Assembly: GCA_964369555.1 (NCBI GenBank)
Contig: CAYJEP010000001.1
Span: 18,034 to 53,954, forward strand
Source of the DNA: an uncultured Muribaculaceae bacterium
Lineage (GTDB): Bacteria; Bacillota_I; Bacilli_A; RF39; UBA660
Direction of reading: 5' to 3'
DNA length: 35,921 bases
The translations under genes were made by a program, and so were the position numbers. This document shows, one piece after another, positions 34,104 through 35,921 of this stretch. Under the pieces are notes generated by a model. The model worked only from the letters and a program-made list of their open reading frames with translations. It had not been told where the DNA came from and made no database searches. Positions within the stretch are counted from its first letter, which is position 1; each line of letters starts with the position of its first letter.

Positions 34104-34853
34104 TCATAAATGCACTGGTAAGTCAAATTGGGAAATAGCATTTTGATTGGTAATTTTTAACACTTCTTCTATAGAAACACCTTTTATTTGAGCTATTTTC
34201 TCTGCTATATAAACTAAATATGACGGGTTATTTTGTTTACCTCTAAAAGGTTCTGGAGTTAAGAAGGGACTATCTGTTTCTAATAAAATATGCTTTAAAT
34301 CAATCTCTTTTATTAGCTCAATTAATTTAACATTATTTTTAAATGTAATAGGACCATCTATTCCAAATTTACAACCAAGTTTAATAAATTTATAAGCCAT
34401 CTCTAAACTAGAACTATAACAGTGTAGACTAATTTTTAAATCAGAATAATCTTTTAATATATCATATGTATCACTTATCGCATCGCGACTATGAATAACT
34501 ACAGGCAAATTAAATTTTCTAGCTATATCTAATTGTTTAATGAAGTGTTTTTTTTGAAGATTTTTATCAACATCATAGTAATAATCAAGTCCAATTTCTC
34601 CTACTGCTACTACCTTTTTATGTTTAAGTAAACTTTCTAATTTATCATAAAAGTTATCAGATATATTACCTACTTCATTAGGATGAACACCTATAGTTCC
34701 AAAAACACATTCATATTTTTCACACAACTCAATTACTTCATCAATATCAGTATGACTCGTACCACTAACAATCATATATCCTTTAAAATTTTTAATTACT
34801 TCATCTATATTTTCATAATATTCCTTAAAAATATGACAATGTGTATCAATCAT
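34104..34853 (-). CDS. tatD: TatD-family metal-dependent DNase/hydrolase
   Basis: MIDTHCHI start motif. ATG 34853 with GGAGG SD 5 nt upstream. The ORF-track start 34865 is a TTG inside the SD region. Confidence 0.85.
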   Translation of the reverse strand: MIDTHCHIFKEYYENIDEVIKNFKGYMIVSGTSHTDIDEVIELCEKYECVFGTIGVHPNEVGNISDNFYDKLESLLKHKKVVAVGEIGLDYYYDVDKNLQKKHFIKQLDIARKFNLPVVIHSRDAISDTYDILKDYSDLKISLHCYSSSLEMAYKFIKLGCKFGIDGPITFKNNVKLIELIKEIDLKHILLETDSPFLTPEPFRGKQNNPSYLVYIAEKIAQIKGVSIEEVLKITNQNAISQFDLPVHL

Positions 34854-34873
34854 AAATACCTCCAAATAAAAAA

Positions 34874-35029
34874 CTACTTCCGAATAGTTTTATAATTTCT
34901 AAATAAAATTGCCGCAAAAATTAAATAGATTAAATCCAAAAACTGAAAATCATTTATTAAAGACCCTACCGCAAGAATAACTGGTAAAAACACTAAAACA
35001 TTTACTGCCAAGTTACTTTTCCTGTCCAT
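34874..35029 (-). CDS. Possible small membrane protein (51 aa), below the ORF-track cutoff
   Basis: Manual translation: MDRKSNLAVNVLVFLPVILAVGSLINDFQFLDLIYLIFAAILFRNYKTIRK*. SD AAGGGAG 6 nt upstream. Two hydrophobic spans. It would head the tatD transcription unit. Confidence 0.4.
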   Translation of the reverse strand: MDRKSNLAVNVLVFLPVILAVGSLINDFQFLDLIYLIFAAILFRNYKTIRK

Positions 35030-35126
35030 ATAATCTCCCTTTAGTTTTGCTTCCTATTAAACTATATCATAAATATATTTTTTTTAATACTTATTTAATA
35101 TACAAATTTCTACAATTTACGATATT

Positions 35127-35657
35127 TTACAGATTAGATAAACTAGTCTCTATTATTTTAGCCCCTATTTTAATAGCCTTGAACTCTAAATCACTTATAT
35201 CGTTATCACTTATTATTCCAATAATTCCCGCACAATCACCATTAACTACAATAGGACTAACTGTATAACAAACATTTATAACTTCACCATCAATTATTGT
35301 AATATCCTTTTTATATTTTTCTAAAATATTTTCTCTTCTTTTAATCTTGGTTTGTATTTCATCACTTATTTCTTTTTTTAAATAACCTTTTTTTATATTT
35401 CCAGTTGCAGCCACTATTATATCATTATCTGCAATAAATACACTTTTTTTACAAATTTCATATATAGCATCAGATATATTTTGAGCATAATCATTTATAT
35501 TTTTAATTAAAGAGTGCTTTTTTAATATTATAGAATCATTCTCTACAAATATTTCTAAATTTTCCCCATCTTTTATTCTTAAGCTTTTCCTTATTTCCTT
35601 AGGAATAACAATTCTTCCTAATTCATCTATTCTTCTTACTATACCAGTCGCTTTCAT
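35127..35657 (-). CDS. spoVT: Stage V sporulation protein T (AbrB-family forespore regulator)
   Basis: MKATGIVRRIDELGRIVIPKEIRKSLRIKDGENLEIF is nearly identical to my recollection of the B. subtilis SpoVT N-terminus. The C-terminal GAF-like part contains YTVSPIVVNGDCAGII. Confidence 0.92.
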   Translation of the reverse strand: MKATGIVRRIDELGRIVIPKEIRKSLRIKDGENLEIFVENDSIILKKHSLIKNINDYAQNISDAIYEICKKSVFIADNDIIVAATGNIKKGYLKKEISDEIQTKIKRRENILEKYKKDITIIDGEVINVCYTVSPIVVNGDCAGIIGIISDNDISDLEFKAIKIGAKIIETSLSNL

Positions 35658-35678
35658 TTTTACCTCTCTTTCTTAATA

Positions 35679-35707
35679 TAATATGGTTATTTTTAAATCT
35701 TTTATAC
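35679..35707 (-). promoter_or_regulatory. Sigma-G/F-type forespore promoter upstream of spoVT (GTATA-17 nt-CATATTA)
   Basis: Minus strand: GTATA (35707-35703), 17-nt spacer, CATATTA (35685-35679), 22 nt before the ATG. It resembles the sigma-G consensus GhATA-N17/18-CATnnTA. spoVT is sigma-G dependent in B. subtilis. Confidence 0.5.
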
Positions 35708-35770
35708 AACTGCTATTATTGTAATTATGAAATTTTTGTGACAAAATAACTAATATAGGAGGTGTGATTT

Positions 35771-35921
35771 ATGGATAATAATGTAATTCAAGATGTACAA
35801 AGAAGCGACAAGGATTGGGTAGTAACTTTAATCTTATCAATTTTCTTAGGTACTATTGGAGTTCACAGATTTTACGTTGGTAAAACTGGAACAGGAATTT
35901 TAACGATATTGACGTTAGGTG
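35771..35921 (+). CDS. TM2-domain membrane protein, 5' part only (runs off the window)
   Basis: Manual translation: MDNNVIQDVQRSDKDWVVTLILSIFLGTIGVHRFYVGKTGTGILTILTLG... It has the GxxGxHRFYxG TM2 signature and the SD TAGGAGGTG. Confidence 0.7.
   Translation, partial: MDNNVIQDVQRSDKDWVVTLILSIFLGTIGVHRFYVGKTGTGILTILTLG

Noticed and set aside
1-35921. Search for tRNA/rRNA genes, CRISPR arrays, IS elements, integrases or prophage boundaries
   Set aside because: No intergenic gap exceeds about 180 bp. No cloverleaf-capable GC-rich segments, repeat-spacer arrays, terminal inverted repeats or recombinase-like ORFs were seen. The accessory-looking left third has no visible mobility genes within the window.

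Overview
Very AT-rich chromosomal segment (GC not computed) from an endospore-forming Firmicute: Spo0A, SpoIIID, SpoVT and a SpoIIQ-like M23 protein are all recognisable. There are about 45 tightly packed genes, and all but four lie on the minus strand. I saw no rRNA, tRNA, CRISPR array, transposase or integrase. All calls rest on reading the sequence and ORF track and on motif recall; no similarity search was run.

The right two-thirds (12.5-35.9 kb) is housekeeping and sporulation DNA with Bacillus/Clostridium-like micro-synteny. Blocks present: M18 aminopeptidase; prfA-prmC; a ferredoxin missing from the ORF track; rluB; spo0A; pgk-tpiA; spoIIQ-like-spoIIID-mbl; rpiB; rpmE; fba-murA; ung; an alanine symporter; tatD-yabE-like-ksgA; spoVT.

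The left third (1-12.5 kb) looks accessory.
1. A nine-gene Tad/Flp-like type IV filament operon has a recognisable ATPase, TadB/TadC-like and CpaB-like core. It also has a non-canonical 73-aa pilin, four components I cannot assign to any family, and no TadZ or prepilin peptidase.
2. A terminator-bounded two-gene unit pairs an Abi_2 (AbiD/AbiF-like) gene with a complete HtrA-like protease, overlapping by 41 nt.
3. A coupled gene pair encodes a Cys/Tyr-rich ectodomain protein and a long coiled-coil membrane protein. The latter ends in perfect 15-bp (PEATN) tandem repeats at the window edge.

Other oddities:
- A prepilin-LamG modular pilin gene sits directly in front of pgk-tpiA, divergent from an XRE regulator.
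- The mbl/mreB gene next to spoIIID carries a single in-frame TAA.
- 0A-box-like motifs lie in the 3' end of tpiA, upstream of spo0A.
- A good sigma-G-type promoter precedes spoVT.
- A perfect 12-bp inverted repeat covers two divergent start codons.
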